Shown piece by piece: positions 22,290 through 32,002 of a stretch of 64,000 nucleotides of DNA. Below the pieces are notes generated by a model that was not told the DNA's origin, searched no databases, and was given only the letters and a program-made list of their open reading frames with translations. This DNA is from an uncultured Verrucomicrobiae bacterium (GTDB taxonomy: Bacteria > Verrucomicrobiota > Verrucomicrobiia > Chthoniobacterales > UBA10450): contig CAVYXA010000001.1 in NCBI GenBank assembly GCA_963772365.1, positions 1,664,001-1,728,000 on the forward strand, read 5' to 3'. A program made the position numbers and the translations under genes. Numbering within the stretch: position 1 is the stretch's first letter; every line of letters starts with the position of its first letter.

Positions 22290-22380
22290 TGTCATGTTGA
22301 GCGAAGCGAAACATCTCCAATCATTGGCTTTCCGCGCCGGTCAAAAAAGATGGAGATCCTTCGCTGCGCTCAGGATGACA
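22290..22380. repeat. REP-like inverted doublet (GTCAT family)
   Basis: TGTCATGTTGAGCGAAGCGAAACATCTCC ... GGAGATCCTTCGCTGCGCTCAGGATGACA. Confidence 0.85.
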
Positions 22381-22390
22381 AAATGGAAGT

Positions 22391-23116
22391 TTACAATCGA
22401 TATTGATGAAGCCGCTCATAACACTCCCGGCAACTTTCATAGATTTCGTTCAATTGATCCGGAATCTCTCCCTCTCGCGGTCGATACAGCTCAAATGCTG
22501 TCGATGTTATCACTTCCCGGTACCAATACTTCGCCCAGACGCCGTCCGTCTCGCGCAAACCCGGTCGCCAGGAAAGCATCGATGTCTCGAATTCGACTCC
22601 GACCGCGTCACACAAAAGTCGCAACAGACGCTCAGGATTTTCCAGCACGTCTTTTGCGTCAATAACCGGCGGAATCGATTTTGTCTGATCCCGAACGGAA
22701 TCGAAAATCTCGGTCTGCTGGACAAATCCAAGATCTTCAAGGGCAGGCTGCTCACGCTTTTTTACGTAGGAGAGAATCGCCTCGCGCGGATCACGGATGA
22801 GAAAGCAATTCGTTACTTCCGTGAGCCATTGTCGATCTACCGTCGGCAACAAGTGATGGGTCATCTGTTTCTCAAAGAAGATGCGCTTTCCATTTGGAAT
22901 CGGGCCGGTGAGCTGCGCCACCACTTTTCGCCAATCTGTTTCGCCGGTAGCGATGATTTCTTTTGCGCCGGGATGATTCTTTCCCGTCGCCTGCAAATAA
23001 AAGGCGTAAAACGGTTCATCGATCACTGCGGTATCGCCCCGGTTTCCCCATGATCGCATCATGGCAGTCGAGATGTTTCTCGGGCCCGACCACATGGCGA
23101 TGCGGACCGGGTTCAT
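22391..23116 (-). CDS. Sulfotransferase-like P-loop protein
   Basis: IAMWSGPRNISTAMMRSW, DEPFY, FLIRDP and DGVWAKYWY motifs. Confidence 0.8.
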   Translation of the reverse strand: MNPVRIAMWSGPRNISTAMMRSWGNRGDTAVIDEPFYAFYLQATGKNHPGAKEIIATGETDWRKVVAQLTGPIPNGKRIFFEKQMTHHLLPTVDRQWLTEVTNCFLIRDPREAILSYVKKREQPALEDLGFVQQTEIFDSVRDQTKSIPPVIDAKDVLENPERLLRLLCDAVGVEFETSMLSWRPGLRETDGVWAKYWYREVITSTAFELYRPREGEIPDQLNEIYESCRECYERLHQYRL

Positions 23117-24198
23117 AACGACATCAGGAACTCCGCAATATCGAGGGATGCGCACGGCCGGCTCAGCCTGGCAGTGTTCGCCGACCATTCACGCCATTGC
23201 CGGGAATCATCGGTGAATGCCCGCCGAACCTGAGCTACAACTTCGGCCGGCTCGAGAGCGATCACGCCGGAATTGGTTTGCTCAATCAACTGTGCATTGC
23301 CTTCTTCCTGGCCGGATACGATGTGATTGATGATCATCGGACAACCAGCCGCGATCGTTTCCTGCACGGTCGCGCCGCCGGCTTTGCCGATTAGCAAATG
23401 GCTCTCGCAAAGCATCTGCGGCAATCGATCGGTCCAGCCAACAATGTTGACCTCGCAATCTCCGGCCGCTGCTTCGACAGCGCGACGAAGTTTGTCGTTT
23501 CGTCCAACCGTCACCGTCAACGCAATATCCAGGTCGAGAAGTTTCCTTACCAGATCCGGGGCGGAGCGCGTGCCCGCGTTGATCATGTAAAGCACGCGCG
23601 GGCGCAATTGAAGCGAAGGCGGTCGTCGATCCTGGGGGCAATCGGCAAATCTTGGACTAACAGGAAACCCGAACACTTTGATCTTGTCGGACGCGACTCC
23701 GCCGGCTTGCAGCACGGCCGCGCTTGGTTCATTGGGAAGCAGAAAATAATCGGCCCGGGATTGGTACCAGCTTTTGTTGATCGTGATGGAATCGGTGACA
23801 ACGACGATGTTTTTCGGGGTTCGATTCGGTCCCTGAATTTGGTCGAGCACGTAGGGATACGGTGGAAAAACCGAAACAACGACATCCGGCTGAAAGCTCT
23901 TCAGCAAACGAGTGAATCGCTCTTTAAGTCTGTCAAATTTTTGAAAGTCCCGATTAAAATCCTCTTTCTTCTCGAGCCAACGATAAACGGTGCCCCAAAA
24001 ACGCGGCGCATAATTCACGATCATCAAATAGGCGCGTCCGGCAAATCGGAACCAAAACGGGTACGTCTCTGCCAACAGATCGCGCAGCTCAACCTCACAT
24101 TCGCCGGGGGCCACACGGGCTAGACCGTCTCGGATACCACGCGCTGCGGCATTGTGACCTTCCCCAAATCCAGCGGTGAGAATGAGGATCTTTTTCAC
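23113..24198 (-). CDS. MGDG synthase / UgtP-like glycosyltransferase (GT28)
   Basis: AGFGEGHNAAA, VVTD, KAGGAT and GQEEGN motifs. Confidence 0.88.
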   Translation of the reverse strand: MKKILILTAGFGEGHNAAARGIRDGLARVAPGECEVELRDLLAETYPFWFRFAGRAYLMIVNYAPRFWGTVYRWLEKKEDFNRDFQKFDRLKERFTRLLKSFQPDVVVSVFPPYPYVLDQIQGPNRTPKNIVVVTDSITINKSWYQSRADYFLLPNEPSAAVLQAGGVASDKIKVFGFPVSPRFADCPQDRRPPSLQLRPRVLYMINAGTRSAPDLVRKLLDLDIALTVTVGRNDKLRRAVEAAAGDCEVNIVGWTDRLPQMLCESHLLIGKAGGATVQETIAAGCPMIINHIVSGQEEGNAQLIEQTNSGVIALEPAEVVAQVRRAFTDDSRQWREWSANTARLSRPCASLDIAEFLMSL

Positions 24199-24237
24199 AT
24201 TCAGTCAGGCAGCAACCGGAGCGCACCTCTCTACAAA

Positions 24238-24329
24238 TGTCATTCTGAGCGAAGCGAAGAATCTCTGATTACTTTTGACTGATCCTCCAGCGGAATGGAT
24301 TGAGATGTTTCGCTTCGCTCAACATGACA
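24238..24329. repeat. REP-like inverted doublet (GTCAT family)
   Basis: TGTCATTCTGAGCGAAGCGAAGAATCTC ... GAGATGTTTCGCTTCGCTCAACATGACA. Confidence 0.85.
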
Positions 24330-24416
24330 ATTCTGATGAAATCTCCAGGCTCGTCACTGGTGAAGCATTCGGAGTTTAATGGATATTTGCCACGGGCAAA
24401 GTAAACTCTGGCCGCG

Positions 24417-25310
24417 ATGAAATTTTTCCGATTCATCTGGCGAGTCGTGCGGCGCCTGGTTTGGGAAACGGCGACTGACAACACCACAGGCTTCGCGGCG
24501 CAGATGGCTTACCTTCTCTTGTTCGCACTCGCACCCGGCTTGTTTTTTTTCTGGCATCTGCTGGGTCTTTTCGGGACTGATCCGGCAAAACTTCATCGCA
24601 TGTTCGTTATTTTAGAAAGCTTCATGCCTCCGGATGCCAAGGTGAAAGACATTCTGGATATCGCGATGGCCAGCGTTGTGGTGACCGGTTCCAGCGGAAT
24701 GCTGGCGAATGTGGGCATCATTCTCGGGATCTATTTCGGCACTGTGTTTATCGCGACTATTTCCCGCGCCCTGAGTCATACTCACGGCGTGCTGGAGGAT
24801 CGACATTGGTGGTCCAAATATATCATCTCATTTTTTCTGCTGTTCTGGTTCGGGATCACGATTCTGGTTTGCTTCAACGCCATGGTTTTTGGCGAACGGC
24901 TCGCCGGCGTGGCTGAAGTCAATTTTCAGCTCAGCATTCCGCTGCAGACCTGGTTCGCCTACTTAAACCTGCCATTTATCGCGCTGGCCCTCATCGGACT
25001 CGCTCTCGCCTTGTATCTACTCACCCCGGAAAATTATCTGACCATTCGGCAGGCATTGCCTGGTGCGATTTTCTTTTCCATCGGCTGGATCATTGTGACC
25101 AAGCTGTTTCAGTATTATGTCGTAAAATATAATCGGTACAACCCGACCTACCTCGCTTTGGCGTCGATCATCATGCTCCTGACCTGGATGTATCTGACTT
25201 GTTTACTACTTCTGCTCGGCGGAAAACTGAACGCTATTCTTCAGCGGGAACGCGAACGTCATGGCAAACCCAGCCCGGCGGCGACGGCCCCGACAATTCA
25301 GCCTGCCTGA
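24417..25310 (+). CDS. YihY / virulence factor BrkB family membrane protein
   Basis: AAQMAY.LL.AL.P, ALPGA and YN.TY..L....LLTW.Y motifs; about 6 TM helices. Confidence 0.85.
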   Translation: MKFFRFIWRVVRRLVWETATDNTTGFAAQMAYLLLFALAPGLFFFWHLLGLFGTDPAKLHRMFVILESFMPPDAKVKDILDIAMASVVVTGSSGMLANVGIILGIYFGTVFIATISRALSHTHGVLEDRHWWSKYIISFFLLFWFGITILVCFNAMVFGERLAGVAEVNFQLSIPLQTWFAYLNLPFIALALIGLALALYLLTPENYLTIRQALPGAIFFSIGWIIVTKLFQYYVVKYNRYNPTYLALASIIMLLTWMYLTCLLLLLGGKLNAILQRERERHGKPSPAATAPTIQPA

Positions 25311-25365
25311 ACTGCACACCGATCCCGAGTTGATCCAACGGCTCGCTCTGTTACGCTGCGCTGCG

Positions 25366-26433
25366 GTGGTGCGCTTCCGGATTTGCCTTCTGATTTTTCT
25401 CGCGCTGAGCGCGATCATCGGCACCGTTCTCTGCGCTCAAATCAGCGACGAAGAACAACGGAAACGCGAGATATTTCTAAAAACGCGCACTAGTCACTCG
25501 TCGAATGCGGACGAATCGCCCGCGCCGAAGCGGCATTCGAAGAAAAAGTCATCGACCACCGAAAAACATTCCACGTCATCGAAGAAAAAGAGCAGCGTGA
25601 CTCCGAAGCCGAAAACGTCGAAACATAAGGCGAGTACAAAGAAGGGCTCGAGCTCAAAAAAAGGAAGGAGAAAGAAAAGCGCTCGACCGGAGAAAACGCC
25701 GGTCCCGAAAAAAGAAAAGGAACCAGCCGCTACGACTCCTTCCCCGCCGGCCGAGCATCCGACACCATCGATCCCGCGAGCCATCCCAATCCCTTCGCCG
25801 CAGGAACGAGCACAAGTTGTGGTCGAGAAATCGGGATTTGACGGCGACCAGGGGTTTGTGCCGCCGCCCGAGCCGCCGCCACGGCGATTCAGGTTCTGGC
25901 CATGGTCGCGACAATCGCGCGCGCCATCCTATCGATATCTGACTCGATCGGTCGTTGAAGAGATTCGGCGGGCACCGGTGCAGCGCCGCCGGTGGCAGTT
26001 CATCGTCGTTCACAACAGCGGAACTCGGCAGGGAAACGCGCGCGTCTTTGATTATTACCATCGACATGTGCGCCGGATGCGGAACGGGCTCGCCTATCAT
26101 TTCGTGATCGGCAACGGAACCTCGACCGGCGATGGCGAGATCGAAGTGGGTGATCGATGGCGGCGCCAGATCAATGGCGGCCATGTTCACAGCGATTATC
26201 TCAACAATATCTCGCTCGGGATTTGTTTGGTCGGCGATTTCAACCGCGATCAACCGAGCCGCGCCCAACTCGAGTGTTGCGAAGAACTGATTCGGTACCT
26301 GCGCCAACGCTGCGGAAAGGTCGATGATCACGATATCCTGGTCCGGCCCCATCGGGAGATGAATCCGCCGCGCTGGCCGACCGATTGTCCGGGCGATCGA
26401 TTCCCCTATTCCTGGTTCCGCCGATTTCGCTAG
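25366..26433 (+). CDS. N-acetylmuramoyl-L-alanine amidase (Amidase_2/PGRP) with Lys/Ser-rich linker
   Basis: IVVHNS, AYHFVIGNG, GGH, GICLVGDF and H...TDCPG motifs. Confidence 0.85.
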   Translation: MVRFRICLLIFLALSAIIGTVLCAQISDEEQRKREIFLKTRTSHSSNADESPAPKRHSKKKSSTTEKHSTSSKKKSSVTPKPKTSKHKASTKKGSSSKKGRRKKSARPEKTPVPKKEKEPAATTPSPPAEHPTPSIPRAIPIPSPQERAQVVVEKSGFDGDQGFVPPPEPPPRRFRFWPWSRQSRAPSYRYLTRSVVEEIRRAPVQRRRWQFIVVHNSGTRQGNARVFDYYHRHVRRMRNGLAYHFVIGNGTSTGDGEIEVGDRWRRQINGGHVHSDYLNNISLGICLVGDFNRDQPSRAQLECCEELIRYLRQRCGKVDDHDILVRPHREMNPPRWPTDCPGDRFPYSWFRRFR

Positions 26434-26507
26434 TGGTCCAGTCCCGAGGGGAAATTTCCGTTGGGGAACGCGATTTGCTTTTAACCTGACAAAGCCATCG
26501 TTTTTCC

Positions 26508-26739
26508 ATGAAGCACATCTCACTGACGAGCCTTATTCTACTGGGAATAATCTTTTCCACGGTCGCGCAGGCGCCGGACACACGAGCGAAAAATGAAGAG
26601 CAGTTGCTTGCCCTCGTGAAAGACGTTCAGGCGCAACAGGCTCAAATTATTGCCAATCAAGCCAAAATTGATTCCAAACTGGCGCAGGCGGACCGAAGCT
26701 GTCCGGATCGCACGCATCTTTGCCAGTCGAGGAAAATAG
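26508..26739 (+). CDS. Small secreted coiled-coil protein, frameshifted near 26690
   Basis: Signal peptide and Gln-rich helix; a shifted frame gives ..EAVRIARIFASRGK*. Confidence 0.6.
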
Positions 26740-26745
26740 AGAAAA

Positions 26746-27051
26746 ATGAAGCCATCGATTTTGTCCCTGTCGATCCTCAGCACGATCTCGCTGTTGGCCG
26801 CGAGCGCGCAATCGCCGATGCCAGTAGTTGTTCCGGCGGCCTCACCAATAACGGCAACATCTAGCACTTCTGCCTCCGGCGTTCAGCTCCAGAAAAAAGG
26901 CTCCGGCGCAATCGACGCCGCCATAAAACAGCTCGAGCAAATGAAAGCAGCGAACGAAGATCTGCTTCGAAAACAGGAGACGATGCTGCAGCAATTGGAT
27001 GAGCTGCAAAAAGCGGCCGAGCAGTTGAAAATTTTTAGCGCGCGGAGCTAG
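26746..27051 (+). CDS. Small secreted coiled-coil protein
   Basis: Signal peptide, coiled coil, ends LKIFSARS. Confidence 0.7.
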   Translation: MKPSILSLSILSTISLLAASAQSPMPVVVPAASPITATSSTSASGVQLQKKGSGAIDAAIKQLEQMKAANEDLLRKQETMLQQLDELQKAAEQLKIFSARS

Positions 27052-28417
27052 CCGTTTTCTTCGGCTCAATCTTCCGGTAGAGCGTGGCCATGCTAATACC
27101 CAGCATGGTTGCGGCTTTTTCGCGCGAACCGCTGCAATGGTTCAGGGTCGCTTCGATGTAGCGACGCTCCTGTTGCTGGATGTAATCGTCCAAGCTTTGC
27201 CCGACCGGCATTTTCTCCATTTCTTCGTCAGCCTTCTCGCCTTTGGCTTCGCTTACAATGTGCGGCGGCAAATCGCTCGCTAAAATTGTTTCGTCCTCGC
27301 ACAAAGCGCAGGCGCGCTCAATCGCGTTCTCCAGCTCGCGCACATTGCCCGGATAAGAGTAATGACACAAAATGTCGACTGCTTCGGGATCGATCTTCTT
27401 CGGCTCGCCGCCGGTGGCACTGGCCTGCTTTTGAAGAAAATGATTCACCAGCAATGGCACATCTTCGAGCCGGTCGCGCAATGGCGGAATCTCCACCGGG
27501 ATAACGGCCAGCCGATAGTAAAGATCTTCGCGAAATGTGCCGTCCTTCAGCTTCGGTAAAAGCGCTTCATTCGTGGCGCCGACCACGCGAACATTAACGG
27601 GCGAACTCTTGTTGTCGCCCACGCGGCGGACTTCGCGTTCCTGCAAAACTCGAAGCAACTTCGTTTGTAACTGGGGCGCCATGGAATTGACTTCATCCAG
27701 AAAGATCGTACCGAGGTTCGCTTCCTCGAATAATCCGCGCTTATCTGCCACCGCGCCGGTAAACGCACCCTTCTTGTGTCCGAACAATTCCGATTCGAGC
27801 AGATTTTCCGGAAGCGCACTGCAATTGATGGCTACGAAGGGATGATGCTGGCGGTTGGAATTGAAATGCAGGCCGCGCGCGATGAGTTCCTTGCCGGTGC
27901 CGCTCTCCCCGATGATCAACACTGTGCTGTCGGTATCGGCGACTTTGTTCACCAGATTGTAAACCTGCTGCATCTTCTGGCTCGTCCCGACGATGTTCTC
28001 GAACCGGTAACGGTTTTTTAGTTCCTTGCGGAGATAAGTGTTTTCCCGAACAGCGGCTTGAAAATCGAGCGCGCGCTGAATGGTCATTTGTAGCTCGTCG
28101 ATCTTAAACGGCTTGGGCACGTAACCATATGCGCCCATCTTCATCGCCTCTACTGCGGTATCGACTGATGCATAAGCCGTGATGAGAATGACCGAAGTTT
28201 GTCGATGATGTTCCCGCACGTGCCGCAACACGTCGAAGCCGCTCATTGTTTCCATCTTGATGTCGGTGATCACGATTTGCGGTTGGACCGTATCGAGCTG
28301 CTCGACCGCTTTGTTTGCCGAGTTAAATGGAAAAACCTCGTGACCTTTTTCTCGGCAAAGGGTCACGATTACTTCCACCATCGCCGGCTCATCATCGATA
28401 ATTACGACTTTGGCCAT
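27035..28417 (-). CDS. Sigma-54-dependent response regulator (NtrC/AtoC family)
   Basis: Receiver domain, GESGTGKE, GAFTGA, FREDLYYRL and Fis-type HTH. Confidence 0.95.
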   Translation of the reverse strand: MAKVVIIDDEPAMVEVIVTLCREKGHEVFPFNSANKAVEQLDTVQPQIVITDIKMETMSGFDVLRHVREHHRQTSVILITAYASVDTAVEAMKMGAYGYVPKPFKIDELQMTIQRALDFQAAVRENTYLRKELKNRYRFENIVGTSQKMQQVYNLVNKVADTDSTVLIIGESGTGKELIARGLHFNSNRQHHPFVAINCSALPENLLESELFGHKKGAFTGAVADKRGLFEEANLGTIFLDEVNSMAPQLQTKLLRVLQEREVRRVGDNKSSPVNVRVVGATNEALLPKLKDGTFREDLYYRLAVIPVEIPPLRDRLEDVPLLVNHFLQKQASATGGEPKKIDPEAVDILCHYSYPGNVRELENAIERACALCEDETILASDLPPHIVSEAKGEKADEEMEKMPVGQSLDDYIQQQERRYIEATLNHCSGSREKAATMLGISMATLYRKIEPKKTASSAR

Positions 28418-28502
28418 AAAATCTCAGCGCGGAGAATATTTCAGAATTGAGAAAAGGAAAGCGAAAATGAGAATTATCTCTAGGCCGCCACCATTCTGAG
28501 AC

Positions 28503-29699
28503 TTACTGAACCTCACCGCCGAGCATCATCCAATCGACCGCGCCGTCGAAGCCGAGGATCTGCTCGAATGCGTCTCCGCCCGAATCCGGCGTGATTGCAA
28601 TCAAATCCGCCGCATAGCCAGGAGCGATCCGCCCTAGCCGAGTTCCGGCATGCAACGCTCTAGCCGCATTGATCGTGACCATTTCCAAAATCTCTCGCGG
28701 CCAAAGTTTCTCATGGCTCCGTTGCAAAGCGCGCATCTCGGCGAACAGGCTCAGGGTTTCATTACTGGCAAGGCTGTCGGTGCCGAGGCAAATATTCAAA
28801 CCGAGCTTGCCGAACTTGCCGATCCGAAATGGCGAGTGTCCGAAGTATTCATGGCTGCGCGGACAATGCACAATCGTGGGCAGCGTTTTCCGTTGGACGA
28901 GAAATTCCAAATCGTGCAGCGAAACTTCATTGAGATGTACGAGCAACCAGCGGTCGTCGAAATTGCAGAACTCGGATAGATGCTCGATCGGCGTGACATG
29001 ATGCAGGTCTGATGGATCGCGGCCAATCCCGGCGAGAAAATCCGCCAGGAGGCCGCGAGAATGGGCGAACATCTCCATCTCTTCGCGCGATTCGGCCAGG
29101 TGCGTGGTGAGCAGAGCATTTTCGCGGTGCGCAATCTCTTCGCAACGCCGATACAGATTTTCCGAGGCTGTGAACGGCGCATGGGGAGCAAGTCCCCAAT
29201 TTTGCGCGGATTTCAGGGCGTTGCTGGCGAGATCGACAAATTCATTCGAGCGTTGCGGTGAACGAAGATCAATCAGCTCGCCAAACCACCACGTCCGGAT
29301 CGGCGGCCGAATTTGCGCGATCAGCTCGGGAAACGCGGTGAGATTCGCGATAGCAGTCGTGCCGAACTTTTTCGCTTCCGCGAAACCTTCATTGATCGAC
29401 GCGACATAATCCTGCGGGGAAAGTCTCTCTTTTTGGGCAATGATCGCTCGAACCCAATCCGCAAAAGACTTTTGCGGCGGAATCTTGCCGCGCAACCATG
29501 TGTAATCGAGGTGGCAATGAGCGTTGATCAAACCCGGCAGCAGCACTTGTTCGCCAAGATCGACAACTGTGCCTGACTTGCGGGCTCGGACCTCGCCAAA
29601 TTTACCAACATCGACAATCTGCTCGCTCTCGACGGCGACGGCGCCGCTTTCGATCGGCGCGCCTTCCATCGTGACCACGATGCGCGCGCGGAGAATCAT
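28503..29699 (-). CDS. Amidohydrolase family protein (MTA/SAH- or aminofutalosine-deaminase-like)
   Basis: PGLINAHCHLD, APHA, THLAES, HCPRS and GTDS motifs. Confidence 0.85.
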   Translation of the reverse strand: MILRARIVVTMEGAPIESGAVAVESEQIVDVGKFGEVRARKSGTVVDLGEQVLLPGLINAHCHLDYTWLRGKIPPQKSFADWVRAIIAQKERLSPQDYVASINEGFAEAKKFGTTAIANLTAFPELIAQIRPPIRTWWFGELIDLRSPQRSNEFVDLASNALKSAQNWGLAPHAPFTASENLYRRCEEIAHRENALLTTHLAESREEMEMFAHSRGLLADFLAGIGRDPSDLHHVTPIEHLSEFCNFDDRWLLVHLNEVSLHDLEFLVQRKTLPTIVHCPRSHEYFGHSPFRIGKFGKLGLNICLGTDSLASNETLSLFAEMRALQRSHEKLWPREILEMVTINAARALHAGTRLGRIAPGYAADLIAITPDSGGDAFEQILGFDGAVDWMMLGGEVQ

Positions 29700-29707
29700 T
29701 CTCCCTC

Positions 29708-29776
29708 TGTAGCGGCGCTCTGTCAGCGTCGCAAACTTTGCGGACAAAACGGCGACGGTCGCAGACCGCCGCTACA
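29708..29776. repeat. REP doublet, TGTAGCGGCG family
   Basis: TGTAGCGGCG...CGCCGCTACA; related copies at 46181 and 48884. Confidence 0.85.
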
Positions 29777-29788
29777 ATCCAGAGGTGT

Positions 29789-30442
29789 TTACTCTTCGCC
29801 TTTCACGACTTTCCGGCACTTGGCCACGAGCAGATTGCACGCTTCCTGACAAAGCAACGGTATGCTCGGCTCGTTGCGACCGGTTTGATCATGCACAGGA
29901 TCGAATTTTTCTGGAGGCAAGTGTGTCGATGGAATCGTGCCGGATCTGTCCCGCTTCCACAGAATCGTCCGAAGACATCCGCCATCGGACCTGCAAAACT
30001 TTGCCACAAGCGGATCGAGTTGTTCCTCGGAAATCTTCGCTGCGACTCGATACATTCCCGATTGTCGGTTCAAAGTCTCTCGCAACGGCGTAGTGTTAAG
30101 TCGATCTGCCTTCCAGGCAGCGAACACCGGCAGCCGACCCGGATAAAAATAGTCCAGGGTTCTGTGGACTTGGTCTCGATCAACAAGTTCCAATTGCCAG
30201 CCATGTCGCAAATTCGGCGCAGTCTTCAATGGGCGATATCGTCCTTCGTCATCAAATTTGGCCATGCGGATCGCCTGCTCGTAATCCGAGAACTTTTCCA
30301 GATCATTCCGCGGTTCGTCATCGCGATGTTTTAGAACGAACCGATTCCCGATCCTGCGCACCAGGATTTGCCCGATGCAAAAACGATCGCCCGGCCGGAA
30401 TTCGCTTGCCATGTCGATCGAATTGTAGGGCGTCTGGGTCAT
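29789..30442 (-). CDS. DR2241-family protein with C-terminal 4-Cys motif
   Basis: GRYRPLKTAPNL..GW, YPG, RQSGMY and C.....C...CQEAC motifs. Confidence 0.7.
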   Translation of the reverse strand: MTQTPYNSIDMASEFRPGDRFCIGQILVRRIGNRFVLKHRDDEPRNDLEKFSDYEQAIRMAKFDDEGRYRPLKTAPNLRHGWQLELVDRDQVHRTLDYFYPGRLPVFAAWKADRLNTTPLRETLNRQSGMYRVAAKISEEQLDPLVAKFCRSDGGCLRTILWKRDRSGTIPSTHLPPEKFDPVHDQTGRNEPSIPLLCQEACNLLVAKCRKVVKGEE

Positions 30443-30494
30443 ACGCCAACCTCAAAGACGTTTCACAGAAACGTTCTACAACATTCGTGGCGTC

Positions 30495-30953
30495 TCAGTG
30501 TAAACAATGCGCGATCAAGCCACCGGCGCGCTCGAGAAATTGTCGATCTTCCTGATCGAATGCATTTACCTTATCGCTCTCGGCATCGATCATACCTACG
30601 ATTTTGCGGTGATCGTTCGTCATCGGCACAATGATCTCAGAACGAGTTGTGTGAAAGGTCGGCAAGTACCGCAGGTCATTTTGCACATCACCGACGATAA
30701 TCGGTTTACCCGATTCTAATGCCGCACCACAAATACCCTGAGTAGTCGGGAAACGCGGATAAGTCGGCGGTTCGTTTCCAGTCCCTGAGAGAATGACAAA
30801 ATCATTGTTTACAATCTTATAGACGCCCACCCAGCGGTAATCGCGCGCGGCCCGAACCATCTCCAACAACTGCCGCATCCGCTTTTTCGTGCATCCACCG
30901 GCTAGGGCAAATGCCCCAATTTCCTGCAGCTTTTTACACGTGGTTTCCTTCAT
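30495..30953 (-). CDS. Stand-alone GAF domain protein (MsrC-like)
   Basis: WVGVY, GICG, DV..D.RY, SEIIVP and D.ESD...AF motifs. Confidence 0.85.
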   Translation of the reverse strand: MKETTCKKLQEIGAFALAGGCTKKRMRQLLEMVRAARDYRWVGVYKIVNNDFVILSGTGNEPPTYPRFPTTQGICGAALESGKPIIVGDVQNDLRYLPTFHTTRSEIIVPMTNDHRKIVGMIDAESDKVNAFDQEDRQFLERAGGLIAHCLH

Positions 30954-31159
30954 TAGCCGGGAAGCAATCTCGCGAAAAAGGAAACAAGCGCCAGCCCGAT
31001 TTCAACTTTTCCCATCAAATTTTGCAGCCATGCGTGGTATCAGCGTGCTCGCTCGATTGACCCTGATTCAGAACAGATTTATCGAGGGCTGCAGCGGGAC
31101 GCAACTCGCTTCCAAGCGTTCTATAACGGTGGGTTTTGACAATTCCTGGACGTCGCTCT

Positions 31160-31963
31160 TCAGAAACTCCGTGTTTGGTCGACGATGATGTCAGCGACGC
31201 CCGGATCAGTGCCAATCGATGGCGCATAGAACAACGCGCGATTGTCGATCTTGTAAGGGTCCTGGCGGAAAATCTCTCTAACCGCCTGACCGCGGTCCAC
31301 GCCCGCGGCGACAGCGATCCCCAACAAAACCGGAATGTCCTCATAGCTGTGAAGCCCCTCTGCGATAAAGAAAGGGACCACTATCACGTTTGGCGTTTTG
31401 GTTAACTTTCGCCACTCGGAAACTAGCGGGGCTTCTTCCATGTAAACATTCAGAACTGCTGCGAACTTTCCGATCGCGCGGATTTTTTCGGCCTCGCGTT
31501 TTGCCGCGGCCGCGCTGTTTTCGTTCAAATCTGTGCCGTGAGCGACGATCAACAAAGTCGTCTCGGCAGGATCGACATCCGGCGCAATCTCCGAGGCACG
31601 GCGCAGGAGGAGATTGGTCATGGCAGGATGATTTCCCACTGGCTCGCAATAATGCCAGACTTGACCCGTTTCTCGCCTCGTTGCCCGCCCGCTCAACTCA
31701 AGCTCGCGGGGGATCACCGTCTGCGTGAAATAACCTTCGCTGATGAAGTTCGGCACAACGGCGACTTTGCGGATTGATTCGGGATCGAACAGGAATAGCG
31801 CATCGCGCAAGCTCGGTTCCTCTTTCCAGAAGACACACTCAACGCTGGCAAAAATGTCGCGCCGGCGAATCTCAGCCGCATGTGCCAGCGTCGGCACATC
31901 GGAATCGGGATTCACCGTCGATCCGTGGCCGACAATGAGGAGACCAGTCGATTTCGTATCCAC
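31160..31963 (-). CDS. CbiX/SirB-like class II chelatase domain protein
   Basis: VGHGS, WKEEP, VP.FISEGYF, AHGT and VPFFIAEGLHS motifs. Confidence 0.8.
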   Translation of the reverse strand: MDTKSTGLLIVGHGSTVNPDSDVPTLAHAAEIRRRDIFASVECVFWKEEPSLRDALFLFDPESIRKVAVVPNFISEGYFTQTVIPRELELSGRATRRETGQVWHYCEPVGNHPAMTNLLLRRASEIAPDVDPAETTLLIVAHGTDLNENSAAAAKREAEKIRAIGKFAAVLNVYMEEAPLVSEWRKLTKTPNVIVVPFFIAEGLHSYEDIPVLLGIAVAAGVDRGQAVREIFRQDPYKIDNRALFYAPSIGTDPGVADIIVDQTRSF

Positions 31964-32002
31964 CTTGAACGTTTGGCCTTGGAAGGTTAATTTTCAAATC
32001 CT

